A stretch of DNA of 40,133 nucleotides from Polyangiaceae bacterium (GTDB lineage: Bacteria > Myxococcota_A > Polyangia > Polyangiales > Polyangiaceae), in the NCBI GenBank assembly GCA_043736975.1, contig JAYTBL010000370.1, positions 1 to 40,133 on the forward strand, written 5' to 3'. Below, piece by piece: positions 9,233-18,317 of this stretch; the stretch's first letter is position 1, and every line of letters starts with the position of its first letter. The notes under the pieces were generated by a model. It made no database searches. It was not told where the DNA came from and saw only the letters and a list, made by a program, of their open reading frames with translations. The position numbers and the translations under genes are program-made.

Positions 9233-10290
9233 GCGGTACGTCGACACGCTCGCTGCCCGCTGCGTTCGCCGGGCTCGCCGTGGGGTGGCTCGCGTTCTGC
9301 GTGCTGGTGTGGCTCTACGGTGCCTCGCCGCGCGCGATGGCCGGGCTCCTCTTCGACGGCACCTGGGGCACGAGCTACGGCGCAGGCCAGGTGCTCTTCA
9401 AGGCGACGCCGCTGCTCTTCACGGGCGTCGCCGTCGACCTCGCGCTGCGCGCTGGGCTCTTCAACATCGGCGCCGAAGGGCAACTCGCAGTGGGTAGCCT
9501 CGCCGCGGGGGTGGTCGGCGCGAAGCTCCCCGCCGGCACACCTTTCCTGGTCGCGATGCCGCTCGCGCTCGCCGCGGCGACGGCGGCTGGCGCGGCGTGG
9601 GCCTTGGTCCCAGCGATCCTCAAGGGTCGCTTCGGCGCCCACGAGGTCATCTCCACGATCATGATGAACAGCATCGCGAGCAGCGTGGTCGGGCTCGCGC
9701 TCGGCGCGGGCGGGCTCGCGCTCACCGGCACGGTGCGCACCGCCGACGTGGTGCCCGGCGCTCGTATGCCCCGGCTCGACGTGTGGTTCAAGGGCCTCGA
9801 GGGCAGCGCCGCGAGCTTCGCCCTCGCCTTCGGAGTGCTCGCCACGCTCCTCACCACGCAGTCGTACCGCCGCACGCGCTTCGGTCGCGAGCTCGGCCTG
9901 GTGGGCGAGAACCCGGTGGCCATGGCCGCGGAGAAGGTCGACGTGCGCGGCCGGATGACGCAAGCGCTCGTGGTCTCCGGCGCGCTCGCGGGCGCCGCGA
10001 GCCTCGGCACCGTGCTCGGTTACAAGGGCTACTTCGAGGAGGGCCTGGGCGCAGGCGCGGGCTTCGGCGGGCTCGCGGTGGCGATCCTGGGGCGCGGCAG
10101 CGCGGTGGGCCTGGTCTTCGCGGCGCTGCTCTTCGGCACGCTGCAGCAGGGCGGGCTCGCGGTGAACGCGTTCGTGCCCAAGGAGCTGATGGACGTGCTG
10201 AGCGGCGTCGTGGTGTGCGCGGTGGCGCTCGCCGATCAGCGGCTCCAGCGCCGCCCCACGGTGAGCGCGCCGAAGGCGGTGGCGGCATGA
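9229..10290 (+). CDS. ABC transporter permease (NupB/YufP-like)
   Basis: KATPLLFTG, AGLFNIGAEGQ, HEVISTIMMN and GFGGLAVAILG. GTGA overlap with the ATPase. Confidence 0.9.
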   Translation: MSGTSTRSLPAAFAGLAVGWLAFCVLVWLYGASPRAMAGLLFDGTWGTSYGAGQVLFKATPLLFTGVAVDLALRAGLFNIGAEGQLAVGSLAAGVVGAKLPAGTPFLVAMPLALAAATAAGAAWALVPAILKGRFGAHEVISTIMMNSIASSVVGLALGAGGLALTGTVRTADVVPGARMPRLDVWFKGLEGSAASFALAFGVLATLLTTQSYRRTRFGRELGLVGENPVAMAAEKVDVRGRMTQALVVSGALAGAASLGTVLGYKGYFEEGLGAGAGFGGLAVAILGRGSAVGLVFAALLFGTLQQGGLAVNAFVPKELMDVLSGVVVCAVALADQRLQRRPTVSAPKAVAA

Positions 10291-11198
10291 GCGCGCTCGA
10301 CATCATCGTCTCGGGAACGATGATCGCGCAGACCGCGCGCATGACGATCCCCTACGGCTGCGCGGCACTCGGCGGCACGCTCAGCGAACGCAGCGGCGTC
10401 GTGAACATCGCGCTCGAGGGTACGCTGCTCGGCTCCGCCCTGGCCGCGGTCGCTGCGGCGCACGCGACCGGCAGCGCGGTAGCGGGCGTCGCGGCCGGCG
10501 TCTCGTGCGGCGCGCTCTTCGGGCTGGTGCACGCGACGCTGGTGGTGCGCGGCCGCATCGACGCCATCGTGAGCGGCATCGCGCTCAACCTGATCGCGGC
10601 GGGCGGCACGCGCTTCTTCCTGCGCGGCCTGTACGGCTCGAGCTCGAACTCGCCGAGCATCCAAGGCTTCCGCTTCGCGGACGGCTGGGGCCTGCTCGCG
10701 CGCACGTTGCTCGATCCGTTCCTGCTGGCGACGATCGCGATCGTCGCCGCGACGGCGTGGATGCTGCGCCGTACCCGCTTCGGCCTGCGGCTGCGAGCGT
10801 GCGGCGAGGATCCGTCGGCGGCGCAGGCGGTGGGCGTCCGCGTCGCGGCCATGCGCACCGCGGCGGTGACGCTCGGCGGCGCCGTCACCGGCCTCGGCGG
10901 CGCGGCGCTGGCGTACGACCTGCATCAGTTCCAGGCGGGAATGAGCGGCGGGCGCGGCTTCATCGCGCTGGCGGCGGTGATCGTCTCGGGGTGGCGCCCG
11001 TGGCCGGCGGCCGCGGCCTGCCTGGCGTTCGCGGCGCTCGATGCGCTGCAGATCGTCCTCCAGAACCAGACCAAGCTGCCCTCCCAGGTCCTGGCCATGC
11101 TCCCGTTCGTGGCCACGCTGGCGGCGCTGGTGCTGGTGAGCAAGCGCCGCTCCGGCGACATGCGCGCCCCCGCGGGCCTGGGAAAGCACCCTGCGTGA
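10287..11198 (+). CDS. ABC transporter permease (NupC/YufQ-like)
   Basis: SERSGVVNIALEG, TRFGLRLRACGEDP and GRGFIALAAVI. ATGA overlap with the previous permease. Confidence 0.9.
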   Translation: MSALDIIVSGTMIAQTARMTIPYGCAALGGTLSERSGVVNIALEGTLLGSALAAVAAAHATGSAVAGVAAGVSCGALFGLVHATLVVRGRIDAIVSGIALNLIAAGGTRFFLRGLYGSSSNSPSIQGFRFADGWGLLARTLLDPFLLATIAIVAATAWMLRRTRFGLRLRACGEDPSAAQAVGVRVAAMRTAAVTLGGAVTGLGGAALAYDLHQFQAGMSGGRGFIALAAVIVSGWRPWPAAAACLAFAALDALQIVLQNQTKLPSQVLAMLPFVATLAALVLVSKRRSGDMRAPAGLGKHPA

Positions 11199-11235
11199 GG
11201 AAGGAAGACGGCGCGCCAGGCGTTGAGCCAAGCCG

Positions 11236-11745
11236 ATGGGTGTCTCGCGAGTCGAAGGGGGTCTGACGCGCCGGTGTCCCGCCGCCATCGCCGCCATCGC
11301 TCTCGCGACTTCGGTCGTGGTGGCTGCCTGCGGAAAGACGGGGACCCTCACCCCGCTGGCCGGGGTCTACCACCTGCCCGGCAGCGCGCAGCCGACGAAC
11401 CTCGAGCTCCGCACCGACGGCACGTTCACGCTGCGTCGCGATTCCTGCGAGTCGGCAGGCGGGCTCGAGTGCGGCGCTTGGAGGAGGTCGGAGATCACCG
11501 GCAGCTCGCAGGTGGTGGCGCGTGACGGCCTCTATTGGCCGACGCCCGACGACTTCCCCTCCGCCGTGGTCCGCACCCTCTCGCTGCGCCCTCACGGCGG
11601 TGACCTCGAGATCGTCGGGGAGAGCGAGTGGGCGGGCTCGTTCACGCAGCGCTGGACCCCAGGCCGCACCTGCGGCGAGTGCGGCGAGCATCGCGCGGAG
11701 CGCCCCTGCGCCGCGCCGCTCCCGGCCTGCACGCCGGGGCGGTGA
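11236..11745 (+). CDS. Hypothetical lipoprotein with Cys-rich C-terminus
   Basis: Hydrophobic stretch ending in the lipobox VVAA-C. C-terminal CGEC...PC...PAC. Start uncertain. Confidence 0.6.
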   Translation: MGVSRVEGGLTRRCPAAIAAIALATSVVVAACGKTGTLTPLAGVYHLPGSAQPTNLELRTDGTFTLRRDSCESAGGLECGAWRRSEITGSSQVVARDGLYWPTPDDFPSAVVRTLSLRPHGGDLEIVGESEWAGSFTQRWTPGRTCGECGEHRAERPCAAPLPACTPGR

Positions 11746-11749
11746 TCGT

Positions 11750-12991
11750 TCAGTCGGCGGCGCCGCCGATGCGGAGGCCGTCGCGGAGGACCACCCAGGT
11801 CTTCGGTCCGCCCCAGGGCTGGATGATCGCCTCTTCGTGCGGGAGATCCCACACCACGAGATCGGCGCGGGCGCCGGGCGCGAGCGCGCCGCGCGGCTTG
11901 CGGATGCCGGCCCCCCAAAGCCCGAGTGAGGCCGCGGCGAGACGGGTGGCGCCGAGGAGCACCTCGGCCGGGCTCATCCCGTACATGCGGACCGCCAGCG
12001 CCATGGCGAGCGGGAGGCTCTCCGACGGCGCGGTGCCGGGGTTGGCGTCGCTCGCCACCACCAGCGCGACGCCCGCCGCCCGCAGCGCCGCCACCAGCGG
12101 CGGCGCTTGCCCGAGCGTGAAGCTCGCGACGGGGAGGAGCACGGCCGCTACGCCGGCGCGCGCGAGCGCCGCGATGCCCTCTTCGTCGATGTGCTCCAGG
12201 TGATCCGCGGACCTCGCGCCCACGTCCGCGCAGAGCTGCGCGCCGCCCACGTCCGCGAACTGCCCCACGTGCAGGCGAACGCCCAGCCCCGCGCGCCTCG
12301 CCGACTCGCAGACGATGCGCGCCTCGTCGACGGTGAACGCGTTCTCATCGACGTAGGCGTCGACGAACGAGGCGAGCTTCGCCTCGGCGATCTCCGGCAC
12401 GAGCGAGGAGGCGACGCGCAGGACGTAGTGATCACGGCTCGCGCGCGCGCTCTCGGGCAACGCGTGCAGCGCGAGGTAGGTCGCGACGACGTGCGGTACG
12501 CCGGCGCTCCGCCGCGCCTGCGCGATGGCGCGCAGCTGCTTGCGCTCGCCGTCGGGATCGAGGCCGTAGCCGCTCTTCACCTCGCACGAGGTGACGCCGA
12601 GGTTCGCCATGCGGCGGAGGCGCGCCACGAGGGTCGCCGCGATCTCCTCCTCGCTGGCAGCGGCGACGGCGCGGAACGAGGAGAGAATGCCGCCGCCGGC
12701 CGCAGCGATGGCGCGGTAGTCGCCGCCGGCCATGCGCACCGCGTACTCGTGGTGGCGGGAGCCGACCCAGGCGGCGTGCGTGTGCGCGTCGACGAGGCCG
12801 GCGGTGACCACGCGATCGCCGTAGTCGACGATCGGCACCTGCGCGGCGCTGGAGCGCGGTCCGACCCAGCTGATCGAGCGGTCGTCGTAGACGACGACGC
12901 CATCCTCCACGATCCCCAGCGGGTTGCCTTCGGTGATGCGCGCGGGATCGCCGGTGACGATGCGCTTGGCCGCGACGCCGACCAGGCTCAC
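11750..12991 (-). CDS. hutI: Imidazolonepropionase
   Basis: GLVDAHTH, GGDYRAIAAAGGGI, EVKSGYGL, LALHA, SADHLEH and SDANPGT. GTG 12991 overlaps the nagZ stop. Confidence 0.92.
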   Translation of the reverse strand: MSLVGVAAKRIVTGDPARITEGNPLGIVEDGVVVYDDRSISWVGPRSSAAQVPIVDYGDRVVTAGLVDAHTHAAWVGSRHHEYAVRMAGGDYRAIAAAGGGILSSFRAVAAASEEEIAATLVARLRRMANLGVTSCEVKSGYGLDPDGERKQLRAIAQARRSAGVPHVVATYLALHALPESARASRDHYVLRVASSLVPEIAEAKLASFVDAYVDENAFTVDEARIVCESARRAGLGVRLHVGQFADVGGAQLCADVGARSADHLEHIDEEGIAALARAGVAAVLLPVASFTLGQAPPLVAALRAAGVALVVASDANPGTAPSESLPLAMALAVRMYGMSPAEVLLGATRLAAASLGLWGAGIRKPRGALAPGARADLVVWDLPHEEAIIQPWGGPKTWVVLRDGLRIGGAAD

Positions 12992-14079
12992 GAGACAGCG
13001 GCTCCGAGGCGAGCCGCGAGCTCGGCGGCGATCGGCGCGCTGGCCGCGAACGCCGCCGCGAGATCGCCAGCCGCGGCGCGCGGCGCGGGCACGGCGCGGC
13101 GGCGCATGGCGAGCGCGCGTCGCGAGGCCTCCTCGCAGCGAGCGCGGAACGCCTGGCTGGTCTCGGCCTCCTGAACCAGCGCGGCGTGGGCCTCGGCCGC
13201 GAGGTCGGCGCGCGAGCAGACGAGCAGCACGTCGCAGCCGGCGAGCACGGCGCGCACCGCAGACTCCGCGGCGGGCATGGTGAGGGCCTTCATCTCGAGG
13301 TCGTCGGAGAAGACGACCCCTGAAAATCCAAGCTCCCGGCGCAGCAGATCGGTGCAGATCGCATGGGAAAGGGTGGCCGGCTGCGCGCCGTCGAGCGCGG
13401 GGTAGACGACGTGCGCAGTCATCATGGAGTCGATGGCCGGGCTCCGCGCGAGCGCCGCGAACGCCGCGATCTCGATGGCGCGCAGCGCGGCCGCCGACCG
13501 CTCCACGCGGGGCAGGGCGAGGTGCGAGTCCACGGTGGTGTCGCCGTGCCCTGGGAAATGCTTTGCGCACGAGAGCACGCCGCCGCGGGCGAGGCCCTCG
13601 GCGAAGGCGCCGGCGAAGCGCGCGACCCGCTGGGGCGTGGTGGCGAACGCGCGATCCCCGATGATCGGATTCGAGTCGCGCGTGTGGATGTCGGCCACCG
13701 GCGCAAAGCTCATGGTGAAGCCGAGCGCGGCGAGCTCGCGGGCCTGCGCGTGGGCGACGCGGCGGATGAGGTCGTCGTCGTCGAGGTCGCCGAGGCGACG
13801 CATGGGCGGGAGCTGGAGCGCCGGAGCGCCGAGGCGCATCACGCGGCCGCCTTCCTGATCGACGGCGACGAGCGGCGGCAGGTCGGCGGGCGCGGCCTTC
13901 GCGACGGCGGCGTTGAGCGCCGCCACGCCGCCCAGATCGGGCGTGACGTTGCGGTGGAAGAGCACCACGCCGCCGCGCTCGCCGTTCGCGAGCAGGCGCT
14001 GCTCCTCGGCGAGGAGCTCCTGGCCCTGGAGGCCGACCACGAGCATCTGACCGCAGAGGACGGACAGGGAGCCGAGCAT
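12988..14079 (-). CDS. nagZ: Beta-N-acetylhexosaminidase (GH3)
   Basis: AVDQEGGRV, FAPVADI, IGDRAF, KHFPGHGDTTVDSH, MTAHV and SDDLEM. Confidence 0.93.
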   Translation of the reverse strand: MLGSLSVLCGQMLVVGLQGQELLAEEQRLLANGERGGVVLFHRNVTPDLGGVAALNAAVAKAAPADLPPLVAVDQEGGRVMRLGAPALQLPPMRRLGDLDDDDLIRRVAHAQARELAALGFTMSFAPVADIHTRDSNPIIGDRAFATTPQRVARFAGAFAEGLARGGVLSCAKHFPGHGDTTVDSHLALPRVERSAAALRAIEIAAFAALARSPAIDSMMTAHVVYPALDGAQPATLSHAICTDLLRRELGFSGVVFSDDLEMKALTMPAAESAVRAVLAGCDVLLVCSRADLAAEAHAALVQEAETSQAFRARCEEASRRALAMRRRAVPAPRAAAGDLAAAFAASAPIAAELAARLGAAVS

Positions 14080-14105
14080 CCGCTATGGTCTACCAGCTTT
14101 CGGCC

Positions 14106-15131
14106 ATGAAGCGGAACTCGCAGCTCGCGCTCTTCTGTTACCTGGCGTTCTCTTGCCTGGTGTTTTCTTGCCTGGTGTCTTCTTGCGGCGCTCCGCACGG
14201 GCCGGCGCCCGCGGTGGTGGTGACCGCGCCGCTCGCCGGCAGGTCGCGGCCCGACGCGCCGGTGGTGACCGCGCCGCTCCCGTTGCAGCGACCCACGAAG
14301 AAGCTCACGCCCGCGGAGGCGCGCCGCTACATGCTGGGCCTCGTGAACCGCGATCGGGCGACGGCCGGGCTCGCGCCCGTCGAGCTCGACGAGGGCCCGC
14401 CTACCGTCGCAGGCCAGGCGCACGCCGAGGACATGGCGCACTTCGGCTATCTGGGGCACTGGGGCACCGACGGCTCGGTCCCCGAGCAGCGCCACAGCGA
14501 CGCCGGAGGCGCCGACATGGTGCTCGAGAACGCGCTCTGCTTCACCGACGAGAAGCCGCGCGTCCTCGACCGTCAAGCGCTCATCGATCCCGTCCAGGTG
14601 GAGCGCGCCGAGTCGATGTTCTTCGACGAGGTGCCCCCCAACGACGGTCATCGCAAGAACATCCTGCGCCCGGGGCACACGCGCATCGGTATCGGCGTAG
14701 CGCAGCCCGTGGCCACCCCCACCGAGATCCCGGTGCCGTGCTTCGCGCAGGAGCTGACCGATGACTACGGCTCGTACGCGCCGATCCCGAAGCACGCGAA
14801 GGTCGGCTCGCTGCTGCACGTCGAGGGAACGCTGGCGCCGGGCGTGCGGCCGAGCGGGGTGGGGGTGGCGCGCATCCCGAAGCCGATGCCGATCCCGGTC
14901 GCGGAGGTCAACAAGCGCCGCAGCTACCCGGTCCCGAAGCCGTTCCAGATGTACTGGGGCCCGGGCTTCGTGACGCCGCTGCCGGTCAAGATCGACGGCA
15001 CGAAGCTGGCGATCGACGTCCCCCTCTCCGACGGCGGCCAGCCTGGGCTCTACGAGATCAGCATCTGGGCGAAGCTGCCCGGGGCGACCGATCACGCGAT
15101 GATCGGACTGCGCACGATCCTCGTCGACTGA
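14106..15131 (+). CDS. CAP (SCP/Tpx-1/Ag5/PR-1) domain lipoprotein
   Basis: Signal ending LVSS-C, then LVNRDRATAGLAP, AHAEDMAHFGYLGH, EN and GHRKNIL...IGIGV. Start at ATG 14106. Confidence 0.82.
   Translation: MKRNSQLALFCYLAFSCLVFSCLVSSCGAPHGPAPAVVVTAPLAGRSRPDAPVVTAPLPLQRPTKKLTPAEARRYMLGLVNRDRATAGLAPVELDEGPPTVAGQAHAEDMAHFGYLGHWGTDGSVPEQRHSDAGGADMVLENALCFTDEKPRVLDRQALIDPVQVERAESMFFDEVPPNDGHRKNILRPGHTRIGIGVAQPVATPTEIPVPCFAQELTDDYGSYAPIPKHAKVGSLLHVEGTLAPGVRPSGVGVARIPKPMPIPVAEVNKRRSYPVPKPFQMYWGPGFVTPLPVKIDGTKLAIDVPLSDGGQPGLYEISIWAKLPGATDHAMIGLRTILVD
14141..14185 (+). repeat. Three tandem imperfect 15-bp repeats within the signal-peptide coding region
   Basis: cctggcgttctcttg / cctggtgttttcttg / cctggtgtcttcttg, encoding LAFSC-LVFSC-LVSSC. 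Confidence 0.85.
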
Positions 15132-16340
15132 TCACCGCGACTGCCGTTCGCGGAGGTTCATCAGCGGCTTCTCGACCAGCATGTACATCGGCATGGCCGC
15201 GACCAGCGTGATCACGGGGATCAGGAGCAGGTACCAGAACACTTCCGCCTCCGACCGCGCCAGCGGAAAGACCTCCAGGTCGATGCCGACGAAGATGATG
15301 ATCATGTGGATCAAGTACGCCGAGTACGAGAGCTGGCTCACCAGATAGAACCCGCGCCAGGACAGGAGCCGCGCCGCGAGGCGGCCGCCGGCGAGACCGC
15401 TCAGGCTGACGAAGATCAGGGCCGCGACTGCGACCGCGAAGATCACCTGAGCGAAGCTGAAGTAGAGAAAATTGACCCAGGTCGGCCAGCGGTAGAGGAA
15501 CACGGGCTGCTTCACGAAGCTCAGCGCGAGGATCGCGATCAGGGCGCCCAGCGCACCCGTCGAGGTCACCCATGGATACGCTCGCAGCCTCCTCGCCGCG
15601 TCGGTGAATCCGATGAGATAGGCGACGAACGCGCCGCTCAGCAGCTGCGGGAATCGCCCGTACGGCTTGTTGTAGAGCATGTTCGAGAACAAGGACTGGT
15701 GGTCGAGCTTCGGCAGATGGATGCCGTAGCGCTCGACGATCGCCATACGAACGATCGCGCCGATCGCGAACACGCCCACGATGAGGGCGACCGGCCGTGA
15801 GAGGCGCAAGGCGACGAGGAGGGCCAGCGGAAAGAGAATGTAGAACTGCTCTTCGACGGCGAGCGACCACGTCCAGCTCATGCATTGCCGACTCTCGGGC
15901 AAGAAGTTGTTCACGAAGAGCAGGTTGGCCCACGCCGTATCGCGATTTCGCGGGATGAGCAGCACGTGGATCGCGAGGGCGACAAAGTACGCCGGCAGGA
16001 TGCGCATCGCGCGGCGGCGATAGAAGCTTCGCAGGCCGATCGAGCCCGTCGTCTCGTGCTCGCGCATCAGGAGCCAGGCGATCAAGAACCCGCTGAGCAC
16101 GAAGAACACATCGACGCCGAGATGGCCGCGGTTGACGAAGCGAAGAAGGGCAGAGGCGGAGTCGTTACGAAGCGGCCGGCCGATGAACGCGAGCGTGTGG
16201 TACTCGATGACCCACAGCACCGAGAGCGCGCGGAGCCCGTCGATGGGCCGCTTGGTGGCGTCGGCGCGGCGCATCCACAACGACCGCATGTTCGGCTCGA
16301 GCGCGAAGGCGCTGCGAGATCCTGCGCCGCGGGAGTCCAA
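15132..16340 (-). CDS. Membrane O-acyltransferase, Acyl_transf_3 (OafA/OatA-like)
   Basis: IDGLRALSVLWV, GVDVFFVLSGFLI, FYRRRAMRILPAY, WTWSLAVEEQFY and SYSAYLIH. Confidence 0.92.
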   Translation of the reverse strand: MDSRGAGSRSAFALEPNMRSLWMRRADATKRPIDGLRALSVLWVIEYHTLAFIGRPLRNDSASALLRFVNRGHLGVDVFFVLSGFLIAWLLMREHETTGSIGLRSFYRRRAMRILPAYFVALAIHVLLIPRNRDTAWANLLFVNNFLPESRQCMSWTWSLAVEEQFYILFPLALLVALRLSRPVALIVGVFAIGAIVRMAIVERYGIHLPKLDHQSLFSNMLYNKPYGRFPQLLSGAFVAYLIGFTDAARRLRAYPWVTSTGALGALIAILALSFVKQPVFLYRWPTWVNFLYFSFAQVIFAVAVAALIFVSLSGLAGGRLAARLLSWRGFYLVSQLSYSAYLIHMIIIFVGIDLEVFPLARSEAEVFWYLLLIPVITLVAAMPMYMLVEKPLMNLRERQSR

Positions 16341-16343
16341 GGA

Positions 16344-17240
16344 CTAGCGCTCGGAGTCGGCGATCGCCGCGTCCCAGTCCTTCGCGCAGCCACGAATGCC
16401 GTACGACTCGGGGCCCGCGCACGAGACGGGCGAGCGCGACGGGCCGAGGAGCAGAGCCAGCCCGCGCGAGAGGAACTGGTACCTCGAACGCCACTCACGG
16501 TCGACGGCGCCGACCGCCTTCTCCGCCTCCAACGTCCCCTTCATCGAGAGCAATCGGAGACGAAGCTGCTCGCGCATCCCCGGATCGTCGCTCACGGCGT
16601 AGGAGCGTTCGAGCTGGGCGATCGTGGCCTTGCGTTCGCCGGCGCGGTCGAGGATCGACGCCGCGGCGAGCGAGCGCTGGGCATCGGCGCCGAGCTCCAC
16701 GGCGCGGAGGATGGCGCTTGCTCCGTCGACGCGCCACTGCTTGATCTCCTGCTCGTCCTTCAGGAACGACGGGGCGAGGAACGCGATGAACTGGCCGTAG
16801 CGAAGCCACACGTTCGGATCGTAGGGCCGCTCGACGGTCCCGCGCGCGAGGTAGCGGCGCGCCGTCCGCGCGTCCTCGTCGGTACCGCCGGGCGGCGCGG
16901 GGTACACCAGGATGGTGTCGATGAAGTCGTAGAGAATCGGCAGATCAGGCTCCAGCGCCAGGATGCCGTCGACGTACCTCGTGACCTCGGGAAACGGGCG
17001 CCGCTCCTGCCAGTGGAGGCCATACTCGAGGATCAGCTTCGACCAGAGAACGTCGGCCGCGGCGGCGCGGTAGCCCAGCGTGAGGACCCGGAGCTCGGCG
17101 GGCGGCGGAAGCAGGAAGACATCATCGCGCTGGCGGACCTTGTGCGCTTGCCGGGCGAGGGACGGCTGGACGAACGCGATGCCGGAGGCGCCGAGCACGA
17201 GCGTGAAGATCGCGGGCGCAAGCTGGGACCAGCGGCTCAT
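16344..17240 (-). CDS. Pilus-locus accessory protein (myxobacterial PilG-like), N-terminal TM plus helical domain
   Basis: N-terminal TM, then LPPPAELRVLTLGYRAAAADVLW. This resembles from memory the protein encoded downstream of pilA in myxobacterial and Geobacter pil loci. Coupled to the pilin gene by an ATGA overlap. Confidence 0.5.
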   Translation of the reverse strand: MSRWSQLAPAIFTLVLGASGIAFVQPSLARQAHKVRQRDDVFLLPPPAELRVLTLGYRAAAADVLWSKLILEYGLHWQERRPFPEVTRYVDGILALEPDLPILYDFIDTILVYPAPPGGTDEDARTARRYLARGTVERPYDPNVWLRYGQFIAFLAPSFLKDEQEIKQWRVDGASAILRAVELGADAQRSLAAASILDRAGERKATIAQLERSYAVSDDPGMREQLRLRLLSMKGTLEAEKAVGAVDREWRSRYQFLSRGLALLLGPSRSPVSCAGPESYGIRGCAKDWDAAIADSER

Positions 17241-17722
17241 TCGAGCTCCGCCTCCACGTACATCCCGGGGGTCACGGCCGGCTTCCCGTCGGTGGTGCGG
17301 CGTTGCTCTCCGCGGACCTCGAAGGTGCTGAGCAGACCATCCCCGTCCAGGTCGCCGCGCGCTTGCGCAACGAACGTGCTGCCGCCCGGGCTGTCAAACG
17401 AGAACGAGTAGGCGTGCGGAACGCCGTCCGGCGCAGGACGGAAGGCGAGCGCGCTCCAGGTAGGGCCGTCCCACGTGCCGGGGGGGTCGGTCTCCTTGCG
17501 CCCCCGGGGTGGAGCGGAGGGCGTCAATGGCGCGCTGACCGGAAACCGCTCGTTCGCCTCGCAGAACGAGACGGCCGCGATGCCGATACGCGAGAGGCCA
17601 TCGGCCGGCTCCACGAAGCGTGACGCGTGCAGCTCGTGGACGAAGGTCGGAACCGCGACCGCGAGGACAGAGCCCACCAGGGCCGCGCCGATCGCCAGCT
17701 CGAGAGGCGTGAAGCGACGCAC
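17237..17722 (-). CDS. Type IV pilin-like protein (atypical cleavage site)
   Basis: MRR-FTPLELAIGAALVGSVLAVAVP, with C-terminal ARGDLDGDGLLSTF shared with the other pilins. Confidence 0.78.
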   Translation of the reverse strand: MRRFTPLELAIGAALVGSVLAVAVPTFVHELHASRFVEPADGLSRIGIAAVSFCEANERFPVSAPLTPSAPPRGRKETDPPGTWDGPTWSALAFRPAPDGVPHAYSFSFDSPGGSTFVAQARGDLDGDGLLSTFEVRGEQRRTTDGKPAVTPGMYVEAELE

Positions 17723-17723
17723 G

Positions 17724-18317
17724 CTATTCTTCCGTGTCCGTCTTCGTCATCGTCTTCGAGACCGAAGCGGACAGCCCCTGGTCGGCCATGATCTCCAGTG
17801 CGTACGTCGAACGAACGCCGTCCCCGTCGAGATCACCTTGGGCGGTGACCATCGCCTTGGCCGTGGCTCCGGCGCCCTCGGACGCGAACGCGTAGCGATA
17901 GTACTGGGGCTGCACCATCTTGAAGTCGAGCTCGCGCCAGGGGCTCACCGACCAGTCGGCGAGGTTCGACTGGTAGCGAGAACCCCGCACGGAAAGCTCG
18001 TCGGTAGGGACCGGCGACGCCGAGCTGGTCGGGAAGTGACGCATCGCATGGACCGCAGCAGGGTTCGCCGCCGCAGGCTGCGTGCCGTCCGAGTTGTCGT
18101 AGAACAACGCGGCGTTGCTGGCGAGGCGCGTCACCGAGCTCGCGGCCTCGACCGTCTTCGCGTGGCGGACGTAGCGCGCCAGTGCGTACATCGCGACGGC
18201 GCTCAGCACCGCCGCGAGGCCCAGAAAGTTCATCAGCTCGATGGCCGTGAACGCGCGCCGCGAGCCCGGATGCACGGACGTACGATAGCGTGAATCGCCC
18301 GGGGCCGCGTCGCTCAT
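17724..18317 (-). CDS. Type IV pilin-like protein
   Basis: RRA|FTAIELMNFLGLAAVLSAVAMYALARYVRHAKTVEA, LDFKMVQPQYYRY and AQGDLDGDG; a clear paralog of 23694-24296. Start at ATG 18317 or GTG 18275. Confidence 0.82.
   Translation of the reverse strand: MSDAAPGDSRYRTSVHPGSRRAFTAIELMNFLGLAAVLSAVAMYALARYVRHAKTVEAASSVTRLASNAALFYDNSDGTQPAAANPAAVHAMRHFPTSSASPVPTDELSVRGSRYQSNLADWSVSPWRELDFKMVQPQYYRYAFASEGAGATAKAMVTAQGDLDGDGVRSTYALEIMADQGLSASVSKTMTKTDTEE

Noticed and set aside
14727-14744. IPVPCF in the CAP protein and GCLS in RimO as extra PCLS-type substrates
   Set aside because: These are single partial matches inside folded domains. The RimO cysteine is a conserved Fe-S ligand motif.
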